Shown: in pieces, positions 9,298 through 44,846 of the stretch
How positions within the stretch are numbered: the first letter of the stretch is position 1
How the letters are laid out: the number at the start of each line of letters is the position of its first letter
Assembly (NCBI GenBank): GCA_040752415.1
Contig: JBFMGU010000060.1
Location: 1-46,290 of the forward strand
Direction of reading: 5' to 3'
DNA from: Myxococcota bacterium
Lineage (GTDB): Bacteria > Myxococcota > JACRCW01
Length of the DNA: 46,290 nucleotides
Position numbers and translations under genes: made by a program
Notes under the pieces: generated by a model
The model's input: only the letters and a program-made list of their open reading frames with translations
The model's database searches: none
Told to the model about the DNA's origin: nothing

Positions 9298-9577
9298 GCA
9301 CCGTCGAGGGCGGGGGGATGCGTCCAAGCTCGATCTCCGGATCAACACGCCACGCTCCCAGCCAACATCGCCCGTCTCACGACGACAGATGCCCACTTTG
9401 GCATGATTCTTCCGGACCTGATCCGCGCCCTGGCTTGCGTTCGATCCCGCCGAATGACATAGCAGCGCTCACGCGAGGCTGGTTCGGAAGACCGAAGGGC
9501 CCGCGTCCCGTTCCCTCCATGTTGGTTGGGCGGTTACAGGGTGCGTCACAGACGCGCTCATAGAAAGCAAGGGCAAG

Positions 9578-9781
9578 ATGCCAGTCGGTACTGTGAAGTG
9601 GTTCAATGATGCCAAGGGTTTCGGATTCATCGCGCGTGAGGGCGGCTCGGACGTGTTCGTCCACTTCAGCGCCATCACGGGCAGTGGGTTCAAGAGCCTG
9701 CAGGAAGGTCAGCAGGTGGAGTTCGAGGTCGTCCCCGGTCGCAAGGGGGAGCAGGCCGCGGACGTTCGGCCCATTGGCTGA
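9578..9781 (+). CDS. Cold-shock protein (CspA family)
   Basis: [15 protein letters not shown]...DVFVHFSAI...[14 protein letters not shown]. Confidence 0.98.
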   Translation: MPVGTVKWFNDAKGFGFIAREGGSDVFVHFSAITGSGFKSLQEGQQVEFEVVPGRKGEQAADVRPIG

Positions 9782-9820
9782 GCACATCGGATCCCATTGA
9801 GATCCTGATGCCAACCACGA

Positions 9821-9849
9821 GAGACCCGCGGGCAACTGCGGGTCTTTTC
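9821..9849 (+). terminator. Intrinsic terminator/attenuator between csp and helicase
   Basis: AGACCCGC-GGGCAACT-GCGGGTCT followed by TTT. Confidence 0.7.
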
Positions 9850-9968
9850 GTATCCAGGTGCGGTCGCGCGAACATTCCGTGCGCCGTGGGGTCCGGACGA
9901 GCTCCCCGTCGTCAACGGGTGATGCCACCGCGACGCCCGAACAAAGTCGCAAGGCAGGAGTTAGCAAG

Positions 9969-11321
9969 TTGAATACCCAGACAATCGAATTCACGTCGCT
10001 GCGGCTGTCCGCGGCCTCTCTCAACGCGTTGAAGCGTATGGGCTTCACGCACCCCACGCCCATCCAGGCGCGCGCCATTCCGCCCGCGCTGGAAGGCAAG
10101 GACGTCATTGGCTGCGCCGCCACCGGGACCGGCAAGACCGCCGCGTTTCTGCTCCCGCTGCTGGAGCGTCTCGACGGAAAACGGGGCACCCGTGCCCTCA
10201 TCCTTGCGCCCACGCGTGAGCTGGTGGACCAGATTGCGGATCAGCTGGAGAAGCTCGGTCACGGTCGGACCATCCGCGGCGTCAGCATCATCGGCGGCGT
10301 GGGCATGGGCGGGCAGCAGGAGGCGCTCCGTCGTCAGCACGAGGTGATCATTGCCACGCCGGGACGGCTGCTGGATCACATGGACCGCGGCGACGCCTCA
10401 CTGAAGGACCTGGAGCTGCTGGTCCTGGACGAGGCCGACCGCATGCTGGACATGGGCTTCCGTCCCCAGCTCAACCGCATCATGGCCAAGGTGCCGCGCG
10501 TGCGTCAGACCATGCTCTTCTCCGCCACCATGGCGGGCGAGGTTGCCGAGTTTGCCAGCAAGCACCTCAAGGATCCCGTGCGCGTGGAGGTGGCCCGCTC
10601 CGGCACCACCGCGGCGCGCGCGGAGCAGCAGGTGTTCCTGTGCGCGCAGGAGGAGAAGACCCCGCTGTTGCTCACGCTCCTCGACGCCGACACCGACAGC
10701 ACCCTGGTGTTCACCCGCACCAAGCACCGCGCGGACAAGGTGGCGCGTGCGTTGGAGAGGGCAGGGCACAGCGTCTCGCGCATCCACGGCAACCGCTCGC
10801 AGAGTCAGCGGCGTGCGTCGCTGGAGGGCTTCCGTGACGGGACGCACCGCGTGCTCGTTGCCACCGACATCGCCGCCCGCGGGATCGACGTGGAGGCCAT
10901 TGGTCACGTCGTCCTGTACGACCTTCCGCACGTCCCCGAGGACTACGTGCACCGCGTGGGTCGCACCGCGCGTGCCGCGGCCGCGGGCCGGGCCTCCAGC
11001 TTCTGCGCTCCGGACGAGGCGGATCTGCTGAGGGCCATTGAGAGACTGACGCGCCTGGCCTTGCCGCGCGCCACCGTCCCGCGCGACGCGCCGATCTTCA
11101 CCGCGGCCCGTCAGGCCCAGGCCACGCGGCAGCCCGTCGCGGAGCGCCCGCACGGACAGCGCCAGCACGGCGGTCCGTCTCAGCCGGGGAGGAACAAGCC
11201 GGGCCACGCCAAGCCCACGGGTCACAAGCCCGCCCGCGCCCGCTCATCGGGCACGTCGTCGGGAAGCGGGGCGGCAGCCCGCGGAGTCAAGCTGGGAAGC
11301 TGGAAGCCCCGTCGCCGCTGA
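9969..11321 (+). CDS. DEAD-box RNA helicase (RhlE-like)
   Basis: Q motif GFTHPTPIQ, ATGTGKT, PTREL, TPGR, LDEADRM, SAT, ARGID, HRVGRTAR and a basic C-tail. TTG start at 9969 follows a GCAGGAG SD. Confidence 0.95.
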   Translation: MNTQTIEFTSLRLSAASLNALKRMGFTHPTPIQARAIPPALEGKDVIGCAATGTGKTAAFLLPLLERLDGKRGTRALILAPTRELVDQIADQLEKLGHGRTIRGVSIIGGVGMGGQQEALRRQHEVIIATPGRLLDHMDRGDASLKDLELLVLDEADRMLDMGFRPQLNRIMAKVPRVRQTMLFSATMAGEVAEFASKHLKDPVRVEVARSGTTAARAEQQVFLCAQEEKTPLLLTLLDADTDSTLVFTRTKHRADKVARALERAGHSVSRIHGNRSQSQRRASLEGFRDGTHRVLVATDIAARGIDVEAIGHVVLYDLPHVPEDYVHRVGRTARAAAAGRASSFCAPDEADLLRAIERLTRLALPRATVPRDAPIFTAARQAQATRQPVAERPHGQRQHGGPSQPGRNKPGHAKPTGHKPARARSSGTSSGSGAAARGVKLGSWKPRRR

Positions 11322-11348
11322 GCCCGCGGTCAACGCGGCGCGCGGAGA

Positions 11349-11453
11349 TCAGAGCGACATCAGGTTCCACAACGCGTAGACCACGACGAGCACGAACAGC
11401 CCGGCGCTGTAGTACGGCGTGAGTTCCTTTTCATCGGTCTTGAGCGCGTGCAT
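11349..11453 (-). CDS. Small 34-aa single-transmembrane peptide (not in ORF track)
   Basis: GAGGAGG SD 5 nt upstream of ATG. Translation MHALKTDEKELTPYYSAGLFVLVVVYALWNLMSL*, with GC-rich third positions. Confidence 0.65.
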   Translation of the reverse strand: MHALKTDEKELTPYYSAGLFVLVVVYALWNLMSL

Positions 11454-11898
11454 GGTTGCCTCCTCGAAACGGGCGCCATGTACTGCCAGGCTTTCGTCGC
11501 CGCAACGCGATCAATCGCCGCAGGTGTGGCGTCATGCCGCAGTTCCGCCACCCCGGAAAGAACTGCGCACGGCCTCCGGTTCAGCGCGGTGGCAGTCGAT
11601 CGGTGTGGGGCCCGTCGTCGGGTGTCGCAAATGCCTGGCGTTTCATGGCGTTAGGTGCGTCGTGGTGAGGTGGCGTGCGTGCGCTGCGCTGCGTCGTCGA
11701 CGTTGAGACGCGCGGTGCACGACGGGAAGCGACCGAGTAGCGTCGGGACAAGGTCGCCCATCTCCCACACTGAGGTCACGCCATGCCCTGTCCCCAGGGA
11801 CACGACGTCGCTCGTCCATTCTCGAAGCGCCACGCCAGTGACGACGTCGCCGAGGCGCGCTGCCGGGATCCCGCCTGGGACGTGAACGGTTCGCGCTG

Positions 11899-38058
<26,160 letters not shown>

Positions 38059-38086
38059 CGTCGGGTGATTCCCGCGAGGAGCAGAG

Positions 38087-38163
<77 letters not shown>

Positions 38164-38240
38164 GTGCGGCTGACATACCACACCCACTGCGGGTCGTCCT
38201 GCACCCGGCTGGTGTGCTCCCGGTGGCGCCCGGGCTCCGC

Positions 38241-39752
38241 TCAGCTTGCGGCAAAGATGGGCCGGCTCATGTCCAGCGGGCGCCGCGTGGCGTCGGGCGC
38301 AATGATGTCCAGCTCCAGGCGGAAGTCCTCCGTCATGCGGACCTCCATCTCCACGCTGCGCACGCCCGGCGGAATGCGGTCGCGGTGGAGGCGGACGCTG
38401 CCCAGGATGTCGCGCTCCGTGCTGGTGGCGTGCACCGACTCGTAGAACATCAGGAGCGCGGGCCCTTCCCCCAGCGCCGCCACGTCGACACTGAAGCGGG
38501 ACACACACGGCAGCGGCGCGTTGGCGCGGATCACCTGGCGCGGCGGTCCTCCCGGAGCCATCACCCAGATGGGCACGCTGACGGCGTCGACGAGGCCCGG
38601 GCCCGCCGGTCGCGTGAGCCCGTGCGCCAGCAGCGCCGCACCCTCGGAGACCACCAGCTCGGGGTGCACGTCGGTGCGGGGGGCGCGGTTGAAGACGGTG
38701 CGGAGACGCTCCTGCAGCATGGGCATGCGCGTGGGACCACCCACCAGCACCACCTGGCCCACGTTGCCCGGCGTGAGCCCAACCCGTCGCAACAGCTCCT
38801 CGCACGCGCCCACCATGCGTTCCACCAGCGGTGCCACCGCGCCCTCCAGCATCTCGCGCGTGACCTCGCACTCCAGGTCCAGCATGCGGTTGCCCACCGG
38901 CATCAGCGGCAGCCGCACCGTCGTGGACAGCTCACTGCTCAGCACGATCTTGGCCATCTCCGCCATGTAGATGAGCCGCCGCATGGTGATGCGGTTGCCC
39001 TTGATGTCCACGCCGTGCTCCGCCTCGAACCGCTGCGCCAGCAGCAACGCCAGCCGCTCGTCCAGGTCCGCGCCACCCAGGAATGCGTCGCCGCCGTTGG
39101 CCAGCACCTTCACCAGGTGACCCACCACGTTGATCACCGTGACGTCGAAGGTTCCGCCGCCAATGTCGAACACCAGGATGGGGTCGTGCGTGGGCCAGCC
39201 ACGGACCTGCGCCAGCGCCGCCGCGGTGGGCTCATTGATGAGCGCGCGGACCTCCAGCCCGGCCAGCGTGGCGGCCTCCCGCACGGACTGGCGTTGCCGG
39301 TAGCCGAAGTGCGCTGGAACGGTGATGACACACGACTCAAACGGCTCACCCGCGTGCGCGCGCGCCAGCTGGGCCAGGTGCCGGATGACGTGGGATGCCG
39401 CCTCCTCCAGGGACAGCGGTTGGCCTCGCACCTCCACCGCGCAGCGACCCGTGGCGTCGGGGATGAGCTTGAAGGGCAGGCGGTCCTTGAGGCGGGCCAC
39501 GTAGCTGGAGCGGAAGGAGCGGCCGAGCAGGCGCTTCATCCCGAAGAGGGTGTTCGCCGGGTCCTGCATGAGGCAGGAACGCGCGTCCGCGCCCACCCGC
39601 ACCCTTCCCTGCGGCCCCACCCACACCAGGGAAGGCAGCAGCGCATCGACGTCGGAAACGGGCACGGAGTGCAGGTGCGCGCGGCCGTCCACCCAGGAGG
39701 CGCACGTGTTCGACGTCCCGAAATCGATCCCGAGTGCCGGACGCGGCCTCAT
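38241..39752 (-). CDS. Hsp70/DnaK-family protein, short form lacking the helical lid
   Basis: GIDFGTSN, ITVPAHF...QRQ, LINEPTAAAL, FDIGGGTFDVT, LGGADLD, VLVGGPTRMP. About 500 aa. ATG 39752 follows AGGAAGG. Confidence 0.9.
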   Translation of the reverse strand: MRPRPALGIDFGTSNTCASWVDGRAHLHSVPVSDVDALLPSLVWVGPQGRVRVGADARSCLMQDPANTLFGMKRLLGRSFRSSYVARLKDRLPFKLIPDATGRCAVEVRGQPLSLEEAASHVIRHLAQLARAHAGEPFESCVITVPAHFGYRQRQSVREAATLAGLEVRALINEPTAAALAQVRGWPTHDPILVFDIGGGTFDVTVINVVGHLVKVLANGGDAFLGGADLDERLALLLAQRFEAEHGVDIKGNRITMRRLIYMAEMAKIVLSSELSTTVRLPLMPVGNRMLDLECEVTREMLEGAVAPLVERMVGACEELLRRVGLTPGNVGQVVLVGGPTRMPMLQERLRTVFNRAPRTDVHPELVVSEGAALLAHGLTRPAGPGLVDAVSVPIWVMAPGGPPRQVIRANAPLPCVSRFSVDVAALGEGPALLMFYESVHATSTERDILGSVRLHRDRIPPGVRSVEMEVRMTEDFRLELDIIAPDATRRPLDMSRPIFAAS

Positions 39753-39903
39753 GGAGCACACCCTTCCTCACCCACCGGGGGCCACCCGTTCTCCTGCTGA
39801 CGCCACCCTATCCGGTACAAGCGGCACAACGGATCCGGAACCTGAGTGTGAGCGGCGCTTCAGGGCAAGCCCGTGCGTGCCGAAGGGATGGACGACGGGA
39901 GGC

Positions 39904-42900
39904 ATGCTCCAGATGCGAACGTGGTCCACCGGCGTGCTCTTGGGATTGTGGTGCCTGCCCGGGCTCACGCTCACGGTGGCCGGAGAAGCCACGGTGTTGC
40001 TGGTGGAGGGGCGCCTGGCCCAGGACCAGCGCAATGAGGCGCTGATGCCCGGCGTGCTGGCACTCCACGTGGCGGTGGACGGGCTGGAGCGTCTCTCCGG
40101 GCAGGTGGGTGAGCGCGCCGCGGACCGCCTGGAAGCGCAGGTCGGTCAGGTCCAGGCCCAGGTGGCCAGGCTGGCGTCGCAGCCGGGCATGGAGGTGGCC
40201 CGCCCCCAGCTTGAGCTGCAGGGTTCGCGCCTCCACGCCTGGGTCGCGGCGGAGCGCGCCACCCGGGCCACGCGCCAGGGAACGCACCCGTTGCCGCAAC
40301 CCCTGCTGGAGGGCTTCGACTCGCTGCGCGCCATGGTGGAGGCCATGGACCGCGAGGCCGCCGCTCGAAGGGACGCGCTGCAGCAGCGTCGTCAGCGGGC
40401 GCGCGTGGTGGCGCTGCTGGGCGTCTTCGCGCTCATCGGTGCCGCGTGGTTGGTCATCCAGCGCCGCGTCATCAAGCCGGTCAACCTGTTGTCCCGCGTC
40501 GTCGAGGGTTACCTGCACCAGGGGCAGCCGCCCGCCCCGGTGGAGCTGCCCGCGGCCAATGCCACCGTGGCGTTGCTGGCGCACGGTTGGAACACGCTGG
40601 TGGGTGAGTACCTGGTGACGGAGGCCACGCAACAGGCGGACGCGCTCGCCCTCTCCTCGACGCAGCGCAAGATCCAGATCCTGGAGCACACCCGGCTGGC
40701 CATCCTGGCGTTTGACGTGCACGGCACCATCGTCTCGTGCAATCCCGGCGCGTGCATGTTGTTGCACCGTCGGAAGGAGGAGCTGCTGGGGCGCCCGTTG
40801 CGCCACCTGTTCCCGGAGCCGGTGCACGCCGCGCTGGAGGAGCACCTGCGTGACCTGGAGATCCTCAAGACGCTGGCCTCCACCCCCACGGAGATGCTGC
40901 GCGCCGACGGCACCACGGTCCCGGTGGAGGTGAGCGGCGCGTGTCTCCCCGGCACCTCCGGTGAGGACGACGCGTATTTCATCCTGGCGGAGGACATCAC
41001 CGAGAAGCTGCGCCTCCGCTCCAGCCTGAAGGACAAGATGGACCAGCTGGAGGAGGAGGTGGCCGCGCGCACCGACGAGCTGCGCCGGGAGCGCGACAAG
41101 GTGGCCGCGTTCCTGGAGCAGGCACCGGACATGATGTGTGAGCTGGATGCCAACGGGCGCATCACCTACGCCAACCGCGCCATGGTGCGGGAGCTGGGCG
41201 TGCCACTGGAGGATCTGCTCGGGCAGCCGGCCACCATCCACCTCAGTCCCTCGGACCGCAGCCGCGTGCTGGAGGAGCTCTCCTTGTGGCTCTCCTCCTC
41301 GCAGATTGTGCAGCGCCTGGACCTGGTGACCCCGGAGGGCGTCATTCCCGTGGAGGCGGCCGTCACGCTGGTCCGCGGCGACGAGGGACCACTCACCGGT
41401 GCGCGCATCGTGGCGCGTTCGCTGGCGGAGCGGACGGAGGCGGAACGACGTCAACAGCTGCTCCTCTCCGCGCTGGAGAACACCCAGGACGGCATTGTCA
41501 TTGCGGACCTCTCCGGTCGGGTGATGCACGCCAACGCCGCGGCGCTGCGACTCACCGGTCGTTCACCCGCGGAGGTGTTCGGCGCCCCGCAGTGGGAGCT
41601 GGCCGGCCCCACCTCGGAGGACCAGGCCGTGGAGCGCAAGCTGCTGGCCAACGTGGTGCAGGAGCGCGCGTGCAGCGCGTTGTCCACGCGTTGGCTGGGA
41701 CCGGACATTGCGGTGCCGGTCTCGGTGCATTGCGCGCTCATCCGCGACGCGGAGGAGCATCCCATTGCCGTGGTCTCCGTGCAGCGCGACCTCACCGAGG
41801 AGCGGGCGCAGCAGGCGCGGGAGCGCGCGTACCAGGATTCCCTGTTGCGCAGCGAGAAGCTCTCCGCGCTGGGCGGCCTGATTGCCGGGGTGGCGCATGA
41901 GCTGAACAATCCGCTGGGCGCGGTGATTGGCTACGCGCAGCTCATTGCCATGTCCGCCACGCCGGAGATCCAGGAGGACTGCGGGAAGCTCACCGGCGCG
42001 GCGGAGCGGTGTCGTCGGATTGTGCACAACCTGTTGACGTTCGCGCGCAAGCACAAGCCGGAGCAGCGGCCCGCGGATCTCAACCAGATCGTCCGCGACG
42101 CCATTGCGCTGGTGGAATACGAGTTCAGCGTCCACAACATCGTAATCGAGCTGGCATTGGACCCGGAGCTGCCGCTGTTGTCGCTGGACGGGCACCAGGT
42201 CCAGCAGGTGCTCATCAACCTGTTGCGCAACAGCCAGCAGGCCATCCTGGAGGCGCGCAAGCGTGGTCGCATCCTGATCTCCACGTCGCTGAGCCAGGGT
42301 GAGGTGGTGCTGCGGTTCGAGGATGACGGTCCGGGCATCCCGGAGGAGCTGCGCAGCAAGGTGTTCGACCCCTTCTTCACGACGAAGGAAGTGGGGCAGG
42401 GCACCGGCCTGGGACTGTCCATTGCCTTTGGCATCATCAAGGAGCACGCCGGCACCATCCGCGTGGACCAGGGAACGCTCCCCGGTGCGTGCCTGGTGGT
42501 GACCTTGCCGGTGATGCAGTCGGCCGCGCCCCCGCCGGAGCTGCCCGCGCCGCCGGTGGAGGAGCGCGCCAGCTCCGGGCGCCGGATTCTCGTGGTTGAC
42601 GACGAGGAGCCCATCCGCGCCGTGGTGCGCCGGGTGCTCACGCGCCGGAGCCACCACGTGGACACCGTGGCCAACACCGACGAGGCGCTGACGTTGATGG
42701 CGCACGCCGCCTACGACTGCATCCTGCTGGACCAGCACATGCCGGGCGGCACCGGCACGGATTTCCTGGAGCGCCTGGCGGCCACCGACGCGTCCGTGTG
42801 GAGCCGCGCCGTGCTCATCACCGGCGACACCGTGGACCCGCGCACCTACACCTTCGCGGAGCAGCACGGCGTGCGCTTCTGTCCCAAGCCCTTTGACCTG

Positions 42901-42963
42901 GCCGAGCTGCAGCAGGTGGTGGAATCCGTCCTGCGCGGCGGCGCGGGTCGGCTGGCCGCCTAG
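39904..42963 (+). CDS. Membrane-anchored hybrid sensor histidine kinase (3 PAS, HisKA, HATPase, REC)
   Basis: TM segment VVALLGVFALIGAAWLVI, three PAS-like repeats, GVAHELNNPL, NLLRNSQQA, DDGPGI, PFFTTK..GQGTGLGL, REC ILVVDDE...LLD..MPG...KPF. Start at ATG 39904 or 39913. Confidence 0.92.
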   Translation: MLQMRTWSTGVLLGLWCLPGLTLTVAGEATVLLVEGRLAQDQRNEALMPGVLALHVAVDGLERLSGQVGERAADRLEAQVGQVQAQVARLASQPGMEVARPQLELQGSRLHAWVAAERATRATRQGTHPLPQPLLEGFDSLRAMVEAMDREAAARRDALQQRRQRARVVALLGVFALIGAAWLVIQRRVIKPVNLLSRVVEGYLHQGQPPAPVELPAANATVALLAHGWNTLVGEYLVTEATQQADALALSSTQRKIQILEHTRLAILAFDVHGTIVSCNPGACMLLHRRKEELLGRPLRHLFPEPVHAALEEHLRDLEILKTLASTPTEMLRADGTTVPVEVSGACLPGTSGEDDAYFILAEDITEKLRLRSSLKDKMDQLEEEVAARTDELRRERDKVAAFLEQAPDMMCELDANGRITYANRAMVRELGVPLEDLLGQPATIHLSPSDRSRVLEELSLWLSSSQIVQRLDLVTPEGVIPVEAAVTLVRGDEGPLTGARIVARSLAERTEAERRQQLLLSALENTQDGIVIADLSGRVMHANAAALRLTGRSPAEVFGAPQWELAGPTSEDQAVERKLLANVVQERACSALSTRWLGPDIAVPVSVHCALIRDAEEHPIAVVSVQRDLTEERAQQARERAYQDSLLRSEKLSALGGLIAGVAHELNNPLGAVIGYAQLIAMSATPEIQEDCGKLTGAAERCRRIVHNLLTFARKHKPEQRPADLNQIVRDAIALVEYEFSVHNIVIELALDPELPLLSLDGHQVQQVLINLLRNSQQAILEARKRGRILISTSLSQGEVVLRFEDDGPGIPEELRSKVFDPFFTTKEVGQGTGLGLSIAFGIIKEHAGTIRVDQGTLPGACLVVTLPVMQSAAPPPELPAPPVEERASSGRRILVVDDEEPIRAVVRRVLTRRSHHVDTVANTDEALTLMAHAAYDCILLDQHMPGGTGTDFLERLAATDASVWSRAVLITGDTVDPRTYTFAEQHGVRFCPKPFDLAELQQVVESVLRGGAGRLAA

Positions 42964-43040
42964 GCTCCACGTCGGGCGGGACCGTGCACCACAACCCGCG
43001 CCGCCTGCTTGGGGGGTGAGGGTGCTGGGGCGGAGAGGAG

Positions 43041-44222
43041 CTACGCCGTCACGGGCGCCGCGGGCAGGCACACCTCGACGGTGGCGCCGCGTTCCTTGCG
43101 GTTGCGCACGGAGATGGTGCCGCGGTGCGCGGTGATGATCTCCTGGCAGATGGTCAGTCCCAGACCGGTGCCCGTGCCCGCCGGCTTCGTCGTGAAGAAG
43201 CGCTCGAAGACGTGTGGCAGCACCTCGGTGGGGATGCCGCTGCCGGTGTCATGCACGGCCATCACGGCATGGCCTTCACCGGCGGTGCCAAGCGTCACCG
43301 TGATCTCGTTGTGGTCGGGTCCCGCCTGGTCCATGGCCTGCGCCGCGTTGATGATGAGGTTCACCACCACCTGGCACAGTTGTCCGTCGTTGCCCATCAC
43401 CACCGGCGCGGCACCCAGCTCCTGGCGCAGGCTGGCCTTGTGCTTCACCTCGCCGTGCGTGAGTCGCAGCGCGCTCTCCACCACCGCGGCCAGCTCCACG
43501 CGCGCCCAGCGCCCGGTGTCGGCGCGGGCAAAGGTGCGCAGGTCCCGGATGAGGCCACGCACGCGCTCCGCGCCGTCGGCGGCTTCCTGCAGTGAGGAGA
43601 GGACCTCCTGCAGTCTCGAGGTCACCTGGGCCGCGGAGAGCGTGGCGCTGGGGGAGGTGCGCAGCGCGTCCAGGATGTCCTGCACCTCCTGGATGGCATA
43701 GCTCTGGTTCACCAGGTTGTAGGTGAGCGGGTTGTTGATCTCGTGCGCCAGTCCCGCGGTCAGCGTGCCCAGCGACGCCATCCGCTCCTTCACCACCGTG
43801 GCGTGGGTGCTGGCCGGGTCCGGCGTGGGGCGCAGCACCAGCGCGCGGCCCGCGGGCGTGTCGTCGTCGTGGAACTGGGGTGTGGTGACGGTGTCCACCG
43901 GGATGCGCTTTCCGTCCCGCCCCAGGACCATGCCGCCGGCCTCGTCGGGCCATCCCACGGCGGAGGCGGAGAGGAGGACCTCCGCGAGGGGCCGGCCCTG
44001 CAGCTCGCCCGTGCTCCAGCCCATGAGCCGGCTGGCGGCGGTGTTCACAAAGCGGATGCGGTCCACGTCGTCAACCAGCACGATGGCGTCGGAAGCAACG
44101 TTGAGCACGCGGTGCAGCCACCCGTCGGAAGCGCGGGGCGCGGACGGGGAAGCCTGGGCGCTGTTGGGGACCACCTGCCCCCGCCACGTTGCGGCCTCGT
44201 TGTCCAGGATGTGCCCGCCCAT
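43041..44222 (-). CDS. PAS-domain sensor histidine kinase (NtrB-like)
   Basis: PAS (DAIVLVD...FVNTAASRLMGW), GLAHEINNPL, NLIINAAQA, DTGSGI, FFTTKPAGTGTGLGL. The true start is downstream of the ORF-track start, whose N-terminal extension overlaps the lipoprotein gene. Confidence 0.88.
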   Translation of the reverse strand: MGGHILDNEAATWRGQVVPNSAQASPSAPRASDGWLHRVLNVASDAIVLVDDVDRIRFVNTAASRLMGWSTGELQGRPLAEVLLSASAVGWPDEAGGMVLGRDGKRIPVDTVTTPQFHDDDTPAGRALVLRPTPDPASTHATVVKERMASLGTLTAGLAHEINNPLTYNLVNQSYAIQEVQDILDALRTSPSATLSAAQVTSRLQEVLSSLQEAADGAERVRGLIRDLRTFARADTGRWARVELAAVVESALRLTHGEVKHKASLRQELGAAPVVMGNDGQLCQVVVNLIINAAQAMDQAGPDHNEITVTLGTAGEGHAVMAVHDTGSGIPTEVLPHVFERFFTTKPAGTGTGLGLTICQEIITAHRGTISVRNRKERGATVEVCLPAAPVTA

Positions 44223-44305
44223 GCTCCGCTCCGGGATCCGTGCGCGCACCAACGCGGCCGACGTCCCAGGGGGTCTTCGGCACCGGCGCGCACCTGCTTG
44301 AGTGA

Positions 44306-44845
44306 TCAGGGCGTGCTGGCGCGCTCCAGCGGGTTGCCGGTCACCTGCAGCTCGAACACCACCGTGGCTTCCACCGCCTGGTCCTCGGCGGGGCAGCGCG
44401 TGTAGGTGACGTCGGTGGACACGGTCATGGCGCCGGACTTGGCATGCGCCAGGATCTCGATGCCGGGGGCGTTGAGCTCCGCCTCCCCCGTCGCGGGAAG
44501 CGCCTGCGCGGAAGCGAAGGCCTTGCGACCCAGCGAGAGCGCCTCCGCGGCGAGCTGCACATCCCGCAGGTGGGAGAGGTCCTGCGCTCCCTGCGACACC
44601 CGCAGTGAGACCTGGATGGGCACCACGCTCCGCACGTCGTCCCAGCTCACGCGCTGCCGCTCCATCTCGTCGTCGGCCAGCAGGTCCATGCCCCGGAATC
44701 CCGCGAAGACGAGCGGCGGCGGCGCCTGGCCCGGCGTGCAGGCGGGAATCACCGCTTCCGCCTTGCGCTCCACGGTCATGGTCACCAGGGCGGGACAACC
44801 CATGAGCAACAACACCGCGGCCAGGACGGGCATGCGCAGCGGCAT
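44306..44845 (-). CDS. Hypothetical lipoprotein
   Basis: MPLRMPVLAAVLLLMG-C lipobox, beta-rich body, 1-bp gap to the upstream gene. Confidence 0.7.
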   Translation of the reverse strand: MPLRMPVLAAVLLLMGCPALVTMTVERKAEAVIPACTPGQAPPPLVFAGFRGMDLLADDEMERQRVSWDDVRSVVPIQVSLRVSQGAQDLSHLRDVQLAAEALSLGRKAFASAQALPATGEAELNAPGIEILAHAKSGAMTVSTDVTYTRCPAEDQAVEATVVFELQVTGNPLERASTP

Positions 44846-44846
44846 G

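Noticed and set aside
9399..9415. Sigma-54-like promoter TTGGCATGATTCTTCC upstream of csp
   Set aside because: The -12 element reads CC rather than the near-invariant GC, so support is insufficient.
44223..44798. N-terminal extension of the 585-aa kinase ORF
   Set aside because: Low-complexity Arg/Gly/Ala sequence overlapping the lipoprotein gene in another frame.
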